A DNA stretch of 64,000 nt, taken from positions 1 through 64,000 of the forward strand of contig JAVECO010000110.1 of assembly GCA_051942205.1 (NCBI GenBank), read 5' to 3'. A program made the position numbers and the translations under genes. How positions within the stretch are numbered: position 1 is the stretch's first letter; every line of letters begins with the position of its first letter. The notes beneath the pieces are model-generated. The model saw nothing but the letters and a program-made list of their open reading frames with translations. It searched no databases and had not been told where the DNA came from. Of the stretch, positions 37,539 through 51,094 are shown in pieces. The stretch comes from Coniocarpon cinnabarinum. Taxonomy: Eukaryota.

Positions 37539-39416
37539 GCAAGAGAATAATGCACAGATTTTTGGCAGTTTATTAGAAGTATCTCTTCTTGAGAGGATGC
37601 CGGACTTTTGACAACACTTGCAACAATGGTTGAAGTTCCTCATCTAGTTTTGACTTCTCTTTGAGCAGCAGAATCTTAAAAGACCAAGGATTAAGGCTAC
37701 TACCGCTTTCTACTAATATCTAAGCAACGTTTCAGCAACGTACGAGCTACATTCTATTGGAGCTCCTCGACAGATCTACATCAATCCATTACGAGGCGAC
37801 GATTTGACTTAATCGAGCATTTTGAGTTTATACATCTGCTTTGTCAAACATAAAGCAAACGCCTGTTCGATACCTTGTACCGGTTGAGATACGAGCTAGT
37901 TACATCTCGACATACTTTCACGGTTCACAAAGTCCCAACTTACTCCCTCGACCTCGCCACAATACTCTTTGTATTCCTAGCTACCAACACATACCTCTGG
38001 TATGTATCACTCTGCTAGTACTATCTTGGGTTGATGAAAGAGGCCCAACTTTGCTCCAATGCGCCGCTCAAAGCAAAGCACTCGCTCGTCCGGGTTTCAA
38101 AAGGAAATTGACCTCCCTGACAGATCCAAAGCTTCTGAAGATCTGAAAAGCAAAACTTGCACAAGGGAAATCTATTTCTATTTCGTCAGTATGGAGAGCT
38201 ATTGCATCCATTCGTCGAATGCCCCTGTCCCTTAGACTCCGAAAACTCGCCGTGACTGCCGCCCAAGTTGAGAGCGGGACGAGTTGATCGTGAAGGAGGC
38301 ATGACCCCGGCACTCGAGTTGGTCCTAGCCAGATGAGCAAGATTTCCGAGTGCTATAGTACAGGAGCCGCGCTGTGGACTTCGAGAGGCTCACGTGATAC
38401 AAACGCACATGCCCTCCTTCAGCCACCTGCGTGTCAAGTGACGTATCCAAGCAGAAGATGCGGCGCTCGAGCGGACATGCACTTTGCTGCAGCAAGGACC
38501 AAGGACCAAAGTCATTCCCGGATCTCAGTCTAGGCAGCGAGTCTGTACGATAACGACAATTTGAGTCATAACGCGATAAATACAGCGGCGGAAGGCCTTT
38601 GTAAAGTAAAGAGCGCTAAATTACAGTACGGCAGGTATTTTCATGCGAGATCCGGGCGGCACATAAGAGCAAGCTTCCCACTTTGCTCCCAGCAGCCTCG
38701 ACAGCGAGGCTCGGCGTACTGTACCTGGCCCGTCTCTGGGCATCTGCGCTGTACGCTAAAAGCTAGACTAGTCTGTGATGATGGGGTTACATAGTTGGGG
38801 ACGAAGACGTGGCAGCAGGCTAGGGTCGGCGACTACACATCATTGCGCATTGTGTGGATCGAGAGTCTGACACGACTTGACCACGTTCAGAGCTAAGGAA
38901 ATTGCGTATGGCATAGGCGATGGATGTCGCAGAGCCGCAAGGCAGATCCGCTGCATCCTGTACTCAGTGTGTTATTGGCCGCAAACACCAGGGGCAGAGG
39001 GCCGGGGCTGGCATCCCGTCCTGCACCGCGTTACTCTACGTTTACTCGTTGCAGTCTTGGCAATAATTGTACTTTATAAGACTGTTGCAAGACTCACTAA
39101 GCTCGCACAATTCTATAAGCTGCACATTCTGAAAGTTCAGCAACTTGTCATCCGACTGTTTACTAGAGTTATTGAGCTTCCTCATCATCCTCATTGCAAG
39201 GTTTCCTCCGGCACAAGAGTACTTCACGTTAATCAATTCAGCATTGTTTGAGGTGCAGAGGGCTTTCGCCGTTGTGCTCGTAGCTTTGTGACTTGAATTT
39301 TCCTTGCCGTACAGGCTCCTCCCCTGGACTGAGATCGGAGAACGACTTCATCTGACCCTTATCGCCCTCGTCGCTTCAGAAATTGGAGCGAGGCTTTCCA
39401 GTCAATCACCTTAGGC

Positions 39417-40185
39417 ATGCCCATCAAGACCATGGGTCGCCAAGGAGGGTATGCATGATGTTCTTCCGTAGAAATGGTCCGTTGATGCTTTGGAATTTGA
39501 ATCATGCCCTAATCTACTCCTCAGGGCACACAGCAATCTCGAATCAGCGAAGGTTAACGATCCAAGCGACCTTATTGACAGCGATAAGGCTACGCCAGCC
39601 CCGGCTGCATCGAGCACATTTGCACATCCAGACAAGACACGTCTTCTAGATTCACCTGGGTCGAAGCTCGTCGACGAGGAGGCTTCGCCAGATGGCATGA
39701 CTCAGAATCCGGATGGGCCCGGGCACGCGTATCCAAAGGTCAGTATAGATGGAAAGGACGCTGTAATTGGCAATCAGTTCAACGGATCTAAGGCATCACA
39801 AGAGCTGCATTGCCTAGGCAGTTATGACTTCACTGGAGCTGGGCAGGTTCGACTCATCCAGAATGTTCGGAAAATAAATGTACACTATCACAGCCCAACG
39901 CCGGATACTGAGCCCAAGGTGGCATCGTCGCAAAGAGTGCCTTCGAGGGACTCGGCGCCGACAAGGCGAGAATCTAGAAACCCTGTACTGGAGCACGAGG
40001 GCGTTGAATACAGCCCTAGCTGTGTGTCGGAATGTCGGCACCGTCGCTCAGCAAATGACACCAGGGAAATGCTCTGTGGGATTTGCCATGAAGTCACAGA
40101 GCCTGGTCAGAAGCTGTGCAATGACTGTACCTTGGCGTCGCTTCGAGCGTGGAAGGCCTTTCACGATCAGTCGTTGTCGCGCTGA
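39417..40185 (+). CDS. Hypothetical ~230-aa protein with HET-s-like amyloid motif and C-terminal Cys cluster
   Basis: GT-AG intron near 39449-39523 with CTAAT branch site joins MPIKTMGRQG in frame to the 231-aa ORF. Confidence 0.55.
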
Positions 40186-40979
40186 GCATCCGAATAAACG
40201 CAACGATGCTTGGCCAAGTGGACTATGGTCAGACGCAAGTGTTTTCGGCGTGTGATATGCTCATTCAGTTGTTTCCCGGGGGAATGAGGCCATGTCAAAC
40301 GTATTCAAGCAGAGTTGAGTGAAGCTGAATGGAACTAATTACGCTAAACCTTATCCAGACTAGACCAGTCCGGCTTATCCAGCTGACGCGCATTGAGCTG
40401 CTTCTGTACTTAATTTTTTCCATCATGTCGTTCCCACAATGCTAAGAAAGAATTGAGACAGCGCTATGCAAGGCTGTGTTAATTTGTTACCTTGCAAGAT
40501 GACGGCGGGTGGACTAACGTCACGTGTTTGAGGTCTGAAGATAGATCACGATACCAGGCAGGGTCTCGTAAGAACGCGAAATTGTAGGTGCTTTCAGCCT
40601 CTACTCTCCACCTTTGTTGCGAGCAAGCTTTATACAAGATCCCACATCTGGGAGTTCTCAATCTGGTCAACGATACCGTACCGCAGAGTAGATCAGAGCA
40701 GAGTCGTGGACACAGAGGCCGTGTTCAATCTTGCCGGGATTCAGCCACCTGGTGTTCCGGTGAAAGCTTGGCGGGGGCTAGCGCGATCTGTCTTGAAATG
40801 GTCCAGTGACGTTGTCAATTCTTTTTCTTCGCCCCTTGTTCGTACTCGATCGCTACTCACCTCGTGTACAGCATCAGTCCGACACCTGTCATGTGCACGG
40901 GCTGCTTCCACATCATGATAAGTACACCTGCTTGCGGGCCTCAACGGGTCTTCCGAACCATATCCCCATCAAGGCCAAG

Positions 40980-42602
40980 ATGGACATTATTGTGCTAAAC
41001 AACGCCTCGGCGGCCACGACGGCCATGATCCCCAACTCTCATAAAGGTGCCGTCCAGCGGTATCACCAGAAATATGACCAGGACCTCGCAAGCGGCAAAT
41101 ATTTGCCCTTTGCATACCCACTCGCAACCTTTGGCGCTGCCATTGGTCTTCTCTTCTTCCTGCTCGTCCCACCTACCAGTTCCTTGCACAGTCCTTTCAC
41201 GCGATATCTCACGTTCGCTGTTATAGCATCTTGGCATACATACTTGACCATCTACTGTCAGGGATTAAATCCGTCCACAGGATTTGGTGTTGGTGGCATT
41301 GCCACCTTTGGAACAGTGTGGGCTGCTACGCTTCTCGTGTTTAATGACGCCAAGAGAGACTTCAAAAGACTTCATCGTAGGCCTCGCTGCATCTCTGCCA
41401 AAGGCGATGAAACGTCCAAACCAGCCATCAATTCCCTCATCAATGCATCTATGCACCTCGTTGAGCAGCACTCAGATGACTCTGGGTACGCTGGGTCGCA
41501 ATATGACTACTACTGGCAATCTTATCCACCGCTGCTCGAAGACCGGCTTTGGTGGGTCCTCGATCTTTGGTCGAATTTCCGGCTGATTGGCTGGGACCAT
41601 GGACTCGACACTATGCCAACGATTCCTGCATCCGTACAGAAACAGCTAAATGCCAGCAGCAAGCGTGATGACAACATCATCGACCGTCCGGTCACAACCA
41701 CTGGCCTCCGGCGTTTCGAATCTCGTGATCATCTTGTGCAACATTTTCTGTGGACGTTCATCAAGGGCTACATCATGCTTGACATATTGTGTACTCTCGT
41801 GCGCCATGATCCTTACTTCCGTGGAGACCTCGATGCTGTACCTACAGGATTGCCACAGTTCATGCTCGACTGGCCTGGCCTTTGGATCCTTGGATATCGG
41901 CTCTTTGTGGGCATGGCCTTCGTCTGGCTGGGTTTGCGTAACGTTCTCGTCCTGGCACCACTCTTGATACCGACCGTCATCGACTCCAAGCTACTGGGCA
42001 CATGGTCGGAACCTTGGTTGTACCCAGACCACTATGGAAGCTATACTGTTGTCTTTGATAAGGGTCTCGCTGGCTGGTGGGGTGGCTGGTGGCACCAATC
42101 CTTCAGGTGTGGATTCTTGGCCGCTAGCGATTGGATTCTGAGCATCTGCAACATCCCTGAGCACACAGTGTCTGCTAGATCCATTTCGGTTTTGACCGCC
42201 TTCTTTATTTCCGGTCTCATTCATGCTGCTGGGAGCCTCACGCTTGTGGGAGAGACCCAACCGTGGGCACCCATGGCGTTTTTCATGATTCAGCCCGTAG
42301 GCATCATCGCGGAAATTAGTTGGCGGCGGCTGCTCGCACGATACGGCCTCAGACATCGTATCCCAGCTTGGCTTGGATATCTCGCAAACTTCGTTTGGGT
42401 ACATCTTTGGTTCTGGTACACGGCTCCAATGTTCGTCGACGACATGGCAAAAGGCGGCTTGTGGCTAGGGCAAATGCTGCCAATGAGTCCGGCTCGAGCA
42501 TTGGGGCTCGGCGAGAAAGGGGACAGCCTTTGGTGTTGGGAAGGACCATGGGCAGAATGGCATAAGGGGAACCCTTGGTGGACAAGCGGACTTGCCTTCT
42601 AA
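40980..42602 (+). CDS. Membrane-bound O-acyltransferase (wax synthase/Tri7-like)
   Basis: Multiple TM segments; GLAGWWGGWWHQSFR, AFFISGLIH, FFMIQPVGI motifs. Confidence 0.88.
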   Translation: MDIIVLNNASAATTAMIPNSHKGAVQRYHQKYDQDLASGKYLPFAYPLATFGAAIGLLFFLLVPPTSSLHSPFTRYLTFAVIASWHTYLTIYCQGLNPSTGFGVGGIATFGTVWAATLLVFNDAKRDFKRLHRRPRCISAKGDETSKPAINSLINASMHLVEQHSDDSGYAGSQYDYYWQSYPPLLEDRLWWVLDLWSNFRLIGWDHGLDTMPTIPASVQKQLNASSKRDDNIIDRPVTTTGLRRFESRDHLVQHFLWTFIKGYIMLDILCTLVRHDPYFRGDLDAVPTGLPQFMLDWPGLWILGYRLFVGMAFVWLGLRNVLVLAPLLIPTVIDSKLLGTWSEPWLYPDHYGSYTVVFDKGLAGWWGGWWHQSFRCGFLAASDWILSICNIPEHTVSARSISVLTAFFISGLIHAAGSLTLVGETQPWAPMAFFMIQPVGIIAEISWRRLLARYGLRHRIPAWLGYLANFVWVHLWFWYTAPMFVDDMAKGGLWLGQMLPMSPARALGLGEKGDSLWCWEGPWAEWHKGNPWWTSGLAF

Positions 42603-42646
42603 ATCAAGCGAGTCCATGTATGTTGCCGCAATTCTGCCGGACCTCG

Positions 42647-44001
42647 TTATGGCACAGCCGGAGACCTCTGGGGAATCCGTATAACACCGTCGTGCTCGCC
42701 TACCACCCAACCCACGCTTGAATCTTTGCGGTAATAGTCTGGATTACTCTTAGAAGGAGCCGACTTTTGCGGCACCAGCTCGATGTTGTCGTCATCTGCT
42801 TGCCCAGACTGTGTACTGCGGTTCTTTTGGGATTCCGGATCTGACGAGAAGTGCGATCGCTTGACTGATATCTTGACGGAGGAGAAAAGGCGCCGTGGAA
42901 AGATCTGCTGGAGGACCGGTCGCAATACGCAACCACAAGCGCAGATGATGGCAATTCCTGGTTCCGCCAGAATCCATTCGATAGACGGCACAGCGCCCCA
43001 GGTCTCGTCCTGAAAATCAACATGCACGACAGTCACGATGCGGATTATGCCAATGACGATATCGCTAAGGCGCGTCAGCTGAGAAAACAAATCGCTCGCA
43101 AAGAGATAGAAGACTCACACAATTCCGACCGCAAAGATCCCACTCAGAAGTAGCTGTTGTGCCCTGGGCAAGTGGAGCTGGAAAATCATAGGTATTGGCA
43201 ACAGCCACGTAACGACGTCGATGACAAGACCGACAACAGCGACACCAATGAGAAAGTCATTAAGCGACAGACAATTGCTGCTGCTGTCGGCAACAAGCGC
43301 CCAATTCGCTGAAAATGGATGGCATCGCAGCAGCAGAAACAGAACCGAGAAAAGGATCCAGATTGCGTTCGCTGCAAGCAGAGCCCAGACTTGCGGTTGG
43401 TCAGCACATGAGTTCCCGGCAAGACTACGCTGCGAGTTCGCACCTGTAAGCCTGAACCATCTTACCACAAAGATGCGGGCCAACAGGGCACATATCGAGC
43501 AGCGCGCGAATCCCATCGCCAGATGGTACGTGAACTGCCCTCCAAAAGTAACCTGACCCCTCATCAGTCACAAGATCCTCGAATGATCTCTTTGTGATTG
43601 CTGACCTTAGCTAAGACCATGATCTGCTTCAAGCTGAGCGTTTGGATGTGGTGGCCCATCCCACCATAGTAGAGAGCTGCATACGTCAACGCGCGGCAAG
43701 GAGGAGCAGCGTCATTGAAGACGAACCATAGTAGACGGCCACAAATTCCCCCCAGTAGAAAACCTGCAAGAGGTCAGATGTGTCCAGCGCAGGTCTGTCT
43801 TCGGTCTTGACGAACAAGTGCAACCAGCGTCAGCCAATCATCCCACCCAAAGCCAACTCTGCGAATGTGTCGCGCCCAGAATCTCGACGCGGTGAACACG
43901 GTCGAAAGAACGGAGAACAGGATGGCAATGGCAAGGACGTTGCGGGCACGCGGCGTGTCAATAGTTGAGTCGCCATGCGCTGGCAGCGCCGCGGGGTCCA
44001 T
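42647..44001 (-). CDS. PTH11-like integral membrane protein without CFEM domain, multi-exon
   Basis: RFWAR...GWDDWL, CHPFSANW, DVVTWLLPIP, EPGIAIICAC...LRP motifs. Confidence 0.9.
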
Positions 44002-45515
44002 TGCGTGTTCAGGCGAAGCACCAACAAGCCCTCACTGCTCACCAAGGAGCTTCAAAAAGGTACCCTTGAAACATGTAAGGGTCAGAGCCGTCCCTTCTAT
44101 AGAAGGCGCGTGTGAGAACCGTACGGCATCTCCCATTGTCATCATCACATGGGGCGGCTCGGTAGTGGCAAGACATGTGGGACTAGGGACCAAGATCCCG
44201 CACCTAGATGATTGCGAGGCCGTCATTCATAGTTCAGTGCAAGCATTGCAGTCAGAGTACGGAGCATTGCCGAAGCGCGATCATGAGAAATTACGATCTG
44301 CCAGGATTCTGTTCCAGACGTGGAGAATCGGAAGCTTCAAGGATTCCCATAACCCAAGACGGAAAGACGCCTTTGGCAACACACGGTCGACAAGTGGCGA
44401 CGAGGCGATTCCAGTGCCGTCCTGGAATTTAGGTTGCGATCAAGCTCTAAGCGTCCGGGAATAAGGTGATGGTGGTCCCGCGAGGCGCTGCGATGGGAAA
44501 TGGTCTGGGGCCAAAAGCGGGCTGGACGCGAACGCTGACGCCTCGAGAAACGCGCCATTATCTCTGACTGGCGAAAGGTCGTGAGCACGCGTGGCAAGGC
44601 CTAGTAGTCTGGCGCCTACCCGCATCGACGCTCGTATCGAATGCGTGCTCCATCGACTCAGACTTGGACTGAGTTCTTCCACACGCACGGGCTGTGGCTT
44701 TCCAGAGGTATGTTCGGGAGACCGCAAGAAAGCTGCCCTTGCGAATTCACGGCGAGAGACAACTTCCAAATCTCGCTGCAGATGTGATCCCAAGCGCGCA
44801 GTAGCAGTCATCGATGTGCATTAGCGGTTTGAACACCTTTCGGTCGACATTCTGAAACCGAAGCTTACTGCACTTGATGCACACCAAATCACGTGATTTG
44901 TTGCCGGTCCGTGCGTGCTGACTCATGCAAAAAGAAAGAGCGCTTGAAACGACAAGCATTCTTGCAGGAAAGAATGCTTGCTTGCGGCATGTCTGCAGGG
45001 CGTTGAGGCCAGAGAGACAGGCAGATGCCCCTGTCGGGAGAGTATGAACTCTTGTTGCCAGCTTCCGAAAGTTCCTGTGGCCTGGTGCAGAACATCAAGA
45101 TGGACTGCAGCGAGACACATGAGCATGACCTGGTACATATGAACCGCATCTGCTGAAATCTCGAAAAGGAGCATCTCACGTTACTAGTTCATTTTCATAC
45201 GCTGGCTGCTACTAGCAATCTTCTTAAGTCCTCATCAACGAGCGTCGGATCGGTGGAGAAACAAAGAGCAGCAGCATGTGCCTTACCTTTACTGGCCATC
45301 AACCACATCAACAAGACGTTCGACTGCATCTTCGAGCGCTCGACGTACAATCACCACTGTGATGACATTGCAACCAGTTCCACAGAAAGGTTCTGCTGGA
45401 TTACAGCCGAGAACAAAGCTACGTAGTGCACCAAAGACCCTTGCGCAAAGCTTTGGCAATCGCGATTAGTTGGCACCCCTGAAGACAATTTCCTTGTCTG
45501 GCGCGCAACAACATT

Positions 45516-46554
45516 CTACCATGGAATTTCGGTATCGTCGGTGACGTCCAGGAGTTTTCCCGAAGAACTGCCACGCGTTGCCTTGTCCATCTTGCGCAAT
45601 GTAAGCATACGTGACGAAGATGAGCAGGAAGGGACTCACAGCGGCCATTGACGTGATCGTGGCTTGCTCAAGAGTGACAGGTGCTTCTTCCATTCCCATA
45701 AAGCGCGCTCCTGCGTTTCCCAGATCCGTCTGGACAAGCCTTGTTGTGCATCAGTACTGCAGTTGCAAAGCACCTGGACGTATCATCTTATCTTCACTCA
45801 CCCCGGCTGAATCCCAAACGCTGTCCATTTCGGATTCATAGCATGTACAGACCTAGGAGATCGGATGGCGTAAGCACAAATGCATTAGATGGTCATCCGT
45901 ATGAATAAACTTGGGAAACCTTTTGAGGCCACAGGAGCAGTCTAAGACTTACACGGTGAACCAGTTCACAGCAGCCTTTGACATGCCATATGCCGACACG
46001 AAGGAGGCCCCTTGTTCTTCGAGACGCCCTATGGAGCCAGCAGCACTTGACATCGTTACCCACATCGGCGAGGCTGACTTGTCAAGCAATGGCTTCACAG
46101 CCTGATAGAGGAGAACCTGCGCAGCGACGTTGACATGAAAGGTCTCGATGACATCCTTAACATCCACATTGTCCGCCGGTGCAGGATGAGGCGAGATCCC
46201 CGCGTTGGCGACGACAAGGTCTATGTGGGTGATTCCTGCTTCCTCGATCGTTTTGACAGCTTGCTGCGGATCGGTGTGGGATCTGCTCTCGATGCTGACA
46301 AGAACGAGACGAGAGCCTGTGCCTTTGGGGAGTTGACTGAGCTCTTGGTACTTGGAAGCATTGGCATCGCGGACGCTGCCAATGACCGTGTGATTTGGTC
46401 GGAGAAGGTAGGCCTCTGCTAACGCTCTGCCGATGCCTGGGGTCATTGCTCAGCAGCGTCCCTAGTATCTATGAAACACAATAGAAGGAGTATGTGACAC
46501 TGAATACATACCTCGGCCGATGCCAGTGATGAGAACGATTTTTGAGCCTGCCAT
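45516..46554 (-). CDS. Short-chain dehydrogenase/reductase, multi-exon
   Basis: LITGIGRGIG, VANAG, YGMSKAA, PGLVQTDLG, C-terminal GKLLDVTDDTEIPW. Confidence 0.9.
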
Positions 46555-47371
46555 CGGATTTCAAAAGCAGGCTGGGACGCAAGGTACAATGCAATGATCA
46601 GGGCAAAGAGACAAACAAGAGACAAATGTGGTTGACGAAAGCTAAGGAGACTAACGTAGAGATCTTAGATACCAAGTCACTTGTCAAGTCTCGATGTTTT
46701 GCAGGCTTTACAGACGGCACCCAGCACGAACTTATGCCGCCAGTCTGGGAGTTTCTGGCGCATTGCAGCATTCGAAAAGTCTTTATACGTTACAGCCGGT
46801 AGAACATCTCAGACCGCGTGAAGGGGCTAAATTAGTAATGCACTGCATAAGATACGTCAAATTGCGCTGTGTTGCAGCTTTGGCTCTCCATTCGAGCGAT
46901 GTCGCCGCAGCAGCCGCACGAGCTGATTGGAAAAGCGGCATTTCGCGCTCGGGAAGGCATGAAGCCGTCGATGCTGTCGATTAGAGTAATGCTTGCGGCC
47001 GTCTCGGTTCGAGGTCCTTGTTGGGACTAATAGCGGTTGCGGCACTAATGGCATCTCTACCGCAGACTTAATGCAGCGTTCACGTTACAAAAGAGAGCAT
47101 ATCATAAAGTTATCTTACACATGACCTCATAGCTGATAGGAAGGAACACTTGCGGTAACACACAAGATCTCTAGCTGTTTCATCAATGGATTATGTGGAG
47201 ACCGTCGTTTTGTATTCGAGTGTCGGACTCTCGGCCGAGAGACAAACTTTTTGAAGCCAACAGGTCCTGCGTAGACTCGTGCTCGTGCTATCAATGAATA
47301 CCTACGTCGCAGATGACATTTGATAAGCTTCAATTCTAGCGCCCTTCACTCGGGGAATCGAGGCACGCAAG

Positions 47372-48946
47372 ATGGTCAATATCACGGACAAGATCAAAGA
47401 GTCGGTCACTGTCTGCAGCCATAACACAACGACGGTCACTCACCCACCACAGGATCGAGGATGAGATGCGAAGGACGCAAAGTAGAGTCCTTCAAATGCC
47501 CGCATGTCGGCCCCGACGCTGACAAAGTGTAAGAAAACAAGGCGACAGGTGATTCATGCTCTACCTTGCTGTGCCCCATGTCACTCTAACGAAGAACTTA
47601 GAGTATCATCTCGGTCTGCTGAAAGGGTATACCGCCCCTGATTAGACGTATAGGCGCCTTTGACTATGCTGAGTTTCTCGTAGCAAACTTGCCCGTCTTC
47701 GTGCTCAGCTACTCGAGCCGACAACGAGTAGCACTGGTGGCGGTCAAGGCTTCGATGTTAGTAAATCGGGTGATGCACGCATTGCTCTCGTTGGCTTCCC
47801 TTCTGTGGGCAAATCCACGTTCCTATCCAAGATCACGAAGACGAGGAGTGAGGTCGCTGCGTACAGCTTCACGACTTTGACTGCGATCCCTGGCGTGCTG
47901 GAGTACGGAGGTGCAGAGATCCAGATCCTCGATCTTCCGGGTATCATTGAGGGGGCTGCAGAAGGAAAGGGTCGTGGGCGACAGGTCATCTCTGCCGCGA
48001 AGGTTTGTATTGCATGTTCTAGGAGTTTCGTGTCTCCTTTGAAGGCTGATAGCGGAGTAAGACAAGCGACTTGATTCTCATGGTGCTCGATGCAACGAAG
48101 AAGGCAGAACAGCGAGCATTGTTAGAAGCCGAGCTGGAAGCTGTCGGCATCAGACTCAATCGGGAACCGCCGTGAGTATTTGCACATCGTTTGACGCTTG
48201 CCCAGCCAACAACACGCTGATAATGTTGATAGCAACATCTATCTCAAACAGAAAAAGGCTGGAGGCATGAAGATCACATTCTCAGCTCCGCCAAAGTATC
48301 TCGACGAGAAGATGGTCTACAACATCCTTCGTGATTACAAGATGCTAAATTGTGAAGTTCTGGTGCGAGATGAGAATGCTACCGTGGATGACTTTATTGA
48401 TGTGATTATGAAAGATCACAGGAAATACGTCAAGTGGTAAGCTGCCCTAACACGCTAGGATCATATAGTTGGTATCTGATGCATTGTATGAAGTCTCTAT
48501 GTCTACAACAAGATCGATGCGGTATCGGTAGAATTTCTTGACCAACTGGCCCGCGAACCGAACACAGAGGTCATGTCTTGCGAGATGAACATGGGCGTGC
48601 AAGATGTGGTTGATCGGTGCTGGATAGAGCTACAGCTCATTCGATGCTATACTAAGCGGTATGTTCAATTCACCTTCTGCCCGTCTGCTGACAGTCACGC
48701 AACGCATCAGAGTACCGCTAATACTACTACCATTGCAGGAAGGGAGTCGATCCAGACTTCAACGAGGCGCTCATCGTACGCTCCAACTCCACCATCGAGG
48801 ATGTGTGTGATCAAGTGCATCGAACACTCAAGGATAACTTCAAGTATGCGCTCGTATGGGGAGCCAGCGCTAGGCACGTGCCGCAGAGAGTTGGCATAGG
48901 ACATCCTATTGCTGATGAGGACGTCGTGTCGATTGTGGCGAAGTGA
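47372..48946 (+). CDS. RBG2: Developmentally regulated GTP-binding protein 2, multi-exon
   Basis: [50 protein letters not shown] domain ending [10 protein letters not shown]. Confidence 0.93.
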
Positions 48947-49454
48947 GAGCATGGTAGCCGGGGCTGATCATTGTACGTTGAAGACCGGGTGTCTCATGTG
49001 TCACCGACTCGCTGCACAATATCCGAGCGCCAAAGCAGTCGTATTGTGCCGTTCAGAAGGTCCAGCGGGTCAATCTAAAGAGGAATCGCCTGAGTACTCG
49101 AGCTTTTGATCAGAGTGCCAGATAGTATTCTGGGCTCTTGTCAAGCCTTGCCCCATAACAGTAGCTCAGAGGGTGTAGTTAGCACATTTGCACAACCAGC
49201 CTTTCAAGTTTCCTCTCGTAGGGAGTGTTGTTTCTGTCATGCTTGAAGCCGATGTCGCTCTACCAAAGGGGTCACAGAAAGGGGCAAGGATCGAGGCATT
49301 TCACCTACGCCCACGTGAGATGCCCGCAGCTAACTCCGAAAACGCCCCACATGCTTCTATACATACCTCCAATTCGACCAATCTTCACAACGCTTGTCCT
49401 CTACCCATCCTAGCTGATCAAAGTGTCCGCTTCACAACTTGCAAAGCCGCCAGA

Positions 49455-50915
49455 ATGGCTACAGAGCTCGCCCCCGGTTCCCTAAACCTCGACAACCATC
49501 TCCTCCTCGTAAGCCCACCCACCAGCAAACCACCACTCGCGCTTCCCCTTCTATACACGCTCCACCCCCTCCCACGATGAAAATCCACACGCTCCTAACA
49601 AACCCAGGACCAACCCCTCCTCCGCGTCCCCTACGAACTCCACCGCCGCACCCACAAGAACGCCCAAAGAGCAATCGAGCACGAAAAAGACTGGCTCACC
49701 ACCAAGCTCAAAGCAACATTGAAAGCCGCCGAGCCCGCCAACCACGCCAATACCCTCTCCAGCATTGACGACATGATTAAGCGAATGGAGAACCTCAAAC
49801 GGAAACTCTCGGCCCTCTCCGAAGAAGAAGAGGCGTTGCATCGCCAGTCCCGAGCGCGGATCGCGCATGTACGCGAGCTGGAGGGTATGCAATCTGTGGC
49901 GGATGTCAAGTTTGATGCTTGGAGTGCTACGCGATTGAATCGGTTACTCGTTGATTATTTGTTGAGGAGGGGGTATGTGGACACGGCACGGAAACTGGCA
50001 CAGAGTCAAAACATTCAAGATCTCGTTGACATCGAGGCGTTTGTGCAGTGTGCACGTATCGAAGCCTCGCTAAAACGAGGGGAAACGAAGGAGGCATTAA
50101 GCTGGTGCGCGGATCACAAGCAAGCTCTCAAAAAACTATCTTCGGATTTGGAGGCGGAGCTTCGATTACAGGAAGTGATTGAGATGGTGAGAACGCGGGA
50201 TACCGCGAAATTGCAGCACGCACGATTATACGCCCGACGATATTTGGCTGGGAGCGAGAATACGGAGTATCCCCTCCATGCTGGTGGTTTACTGGCTTTC
50301 AGCATGCGTGACGCTCATGTACTGGAGCCGTATCGAAGTCTCTATGCGGCGAGGCGCTGGGAAAATCTAGCGAAGCTGTTCGTGGAGACATATCACAAGC
50401 TACTTGGTCTACCGCAGAGTCCGCCACTGCATATTGCGTTAAGCGCGGGGCTGAGCGCATTAAAAACACCGAGTTGTCACTCCAGCCATATGAGTCCCAG
50501 TGCAGCAGGAGTCGCAGGAACGATCGGCTCACCGCAACCAGGAACACAACAGAACGGCACCGTCACCGCGACGGGTACATCGAATGGAGAAGCAGGAGTG
50601 GAAGTCAAGAAACCGACCACCAAGGCCGCAGCGATTGGACAGTCTGTCTGTCCCATTTGCAGTACAGAGCTGAATGCCCTGGCGCGGAATGTACCCTATG
50701 CGCATCACAGCAAGAGCATCGTGGAGAACGATCCGGTCGTGTTGCCGAATGGGCGGGTGTATGGCTCGGAGCGGCTCATGGCTTTTCAGGGCAAGATTCG
50801 GGGCGGAGTGGAAGGGGAGGCCGATGAGGGTGGGGAGTATGCTGAGATTATTGATCCGGCGGATACGGAGGAGCGGTTTGAGCGGTGGAGATTGAAGAGG
50901 GTATACATTTCGTGA
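49455..50915 (+). CDS. FYV10: GID/CTLH complex subunit (LisH-CTLH-CRA-degenerate RING)
   Basis: DQPLLRVPYE, RLNRLLVDYLLR, LSAGLSALKTPSC, CPICSTELNALARNVPYAHH; one intron. Confidence 0.92.
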
Positions 50916-51094
50916 GGGGCTTCGAAGGGGACGTTGTGCTGGAGCAAGCATGGCTAGGAAAAGGTCTATGTTTTGGGAACGCTGAGAGAGCGTTTAATGC
51001 TTGTGTTCATTGAGCGAGCATTCATATATACGTTCCAGCATAGCGAGGCACTTATGATGCAGACGCTCGATCATGATGCAAATGAGTAACGACT

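Noticed and set aside
37841..39251. Short ORFs between the NLR and the 39417 gene
   Set aside because: No recognisable motifs or consistent gene model.
40980..46554. Secondary-metabolite cluster (MBOAT, PTH11-like, SDR)
   Set aside because: No backbone synthase or cluster regulator in the window.
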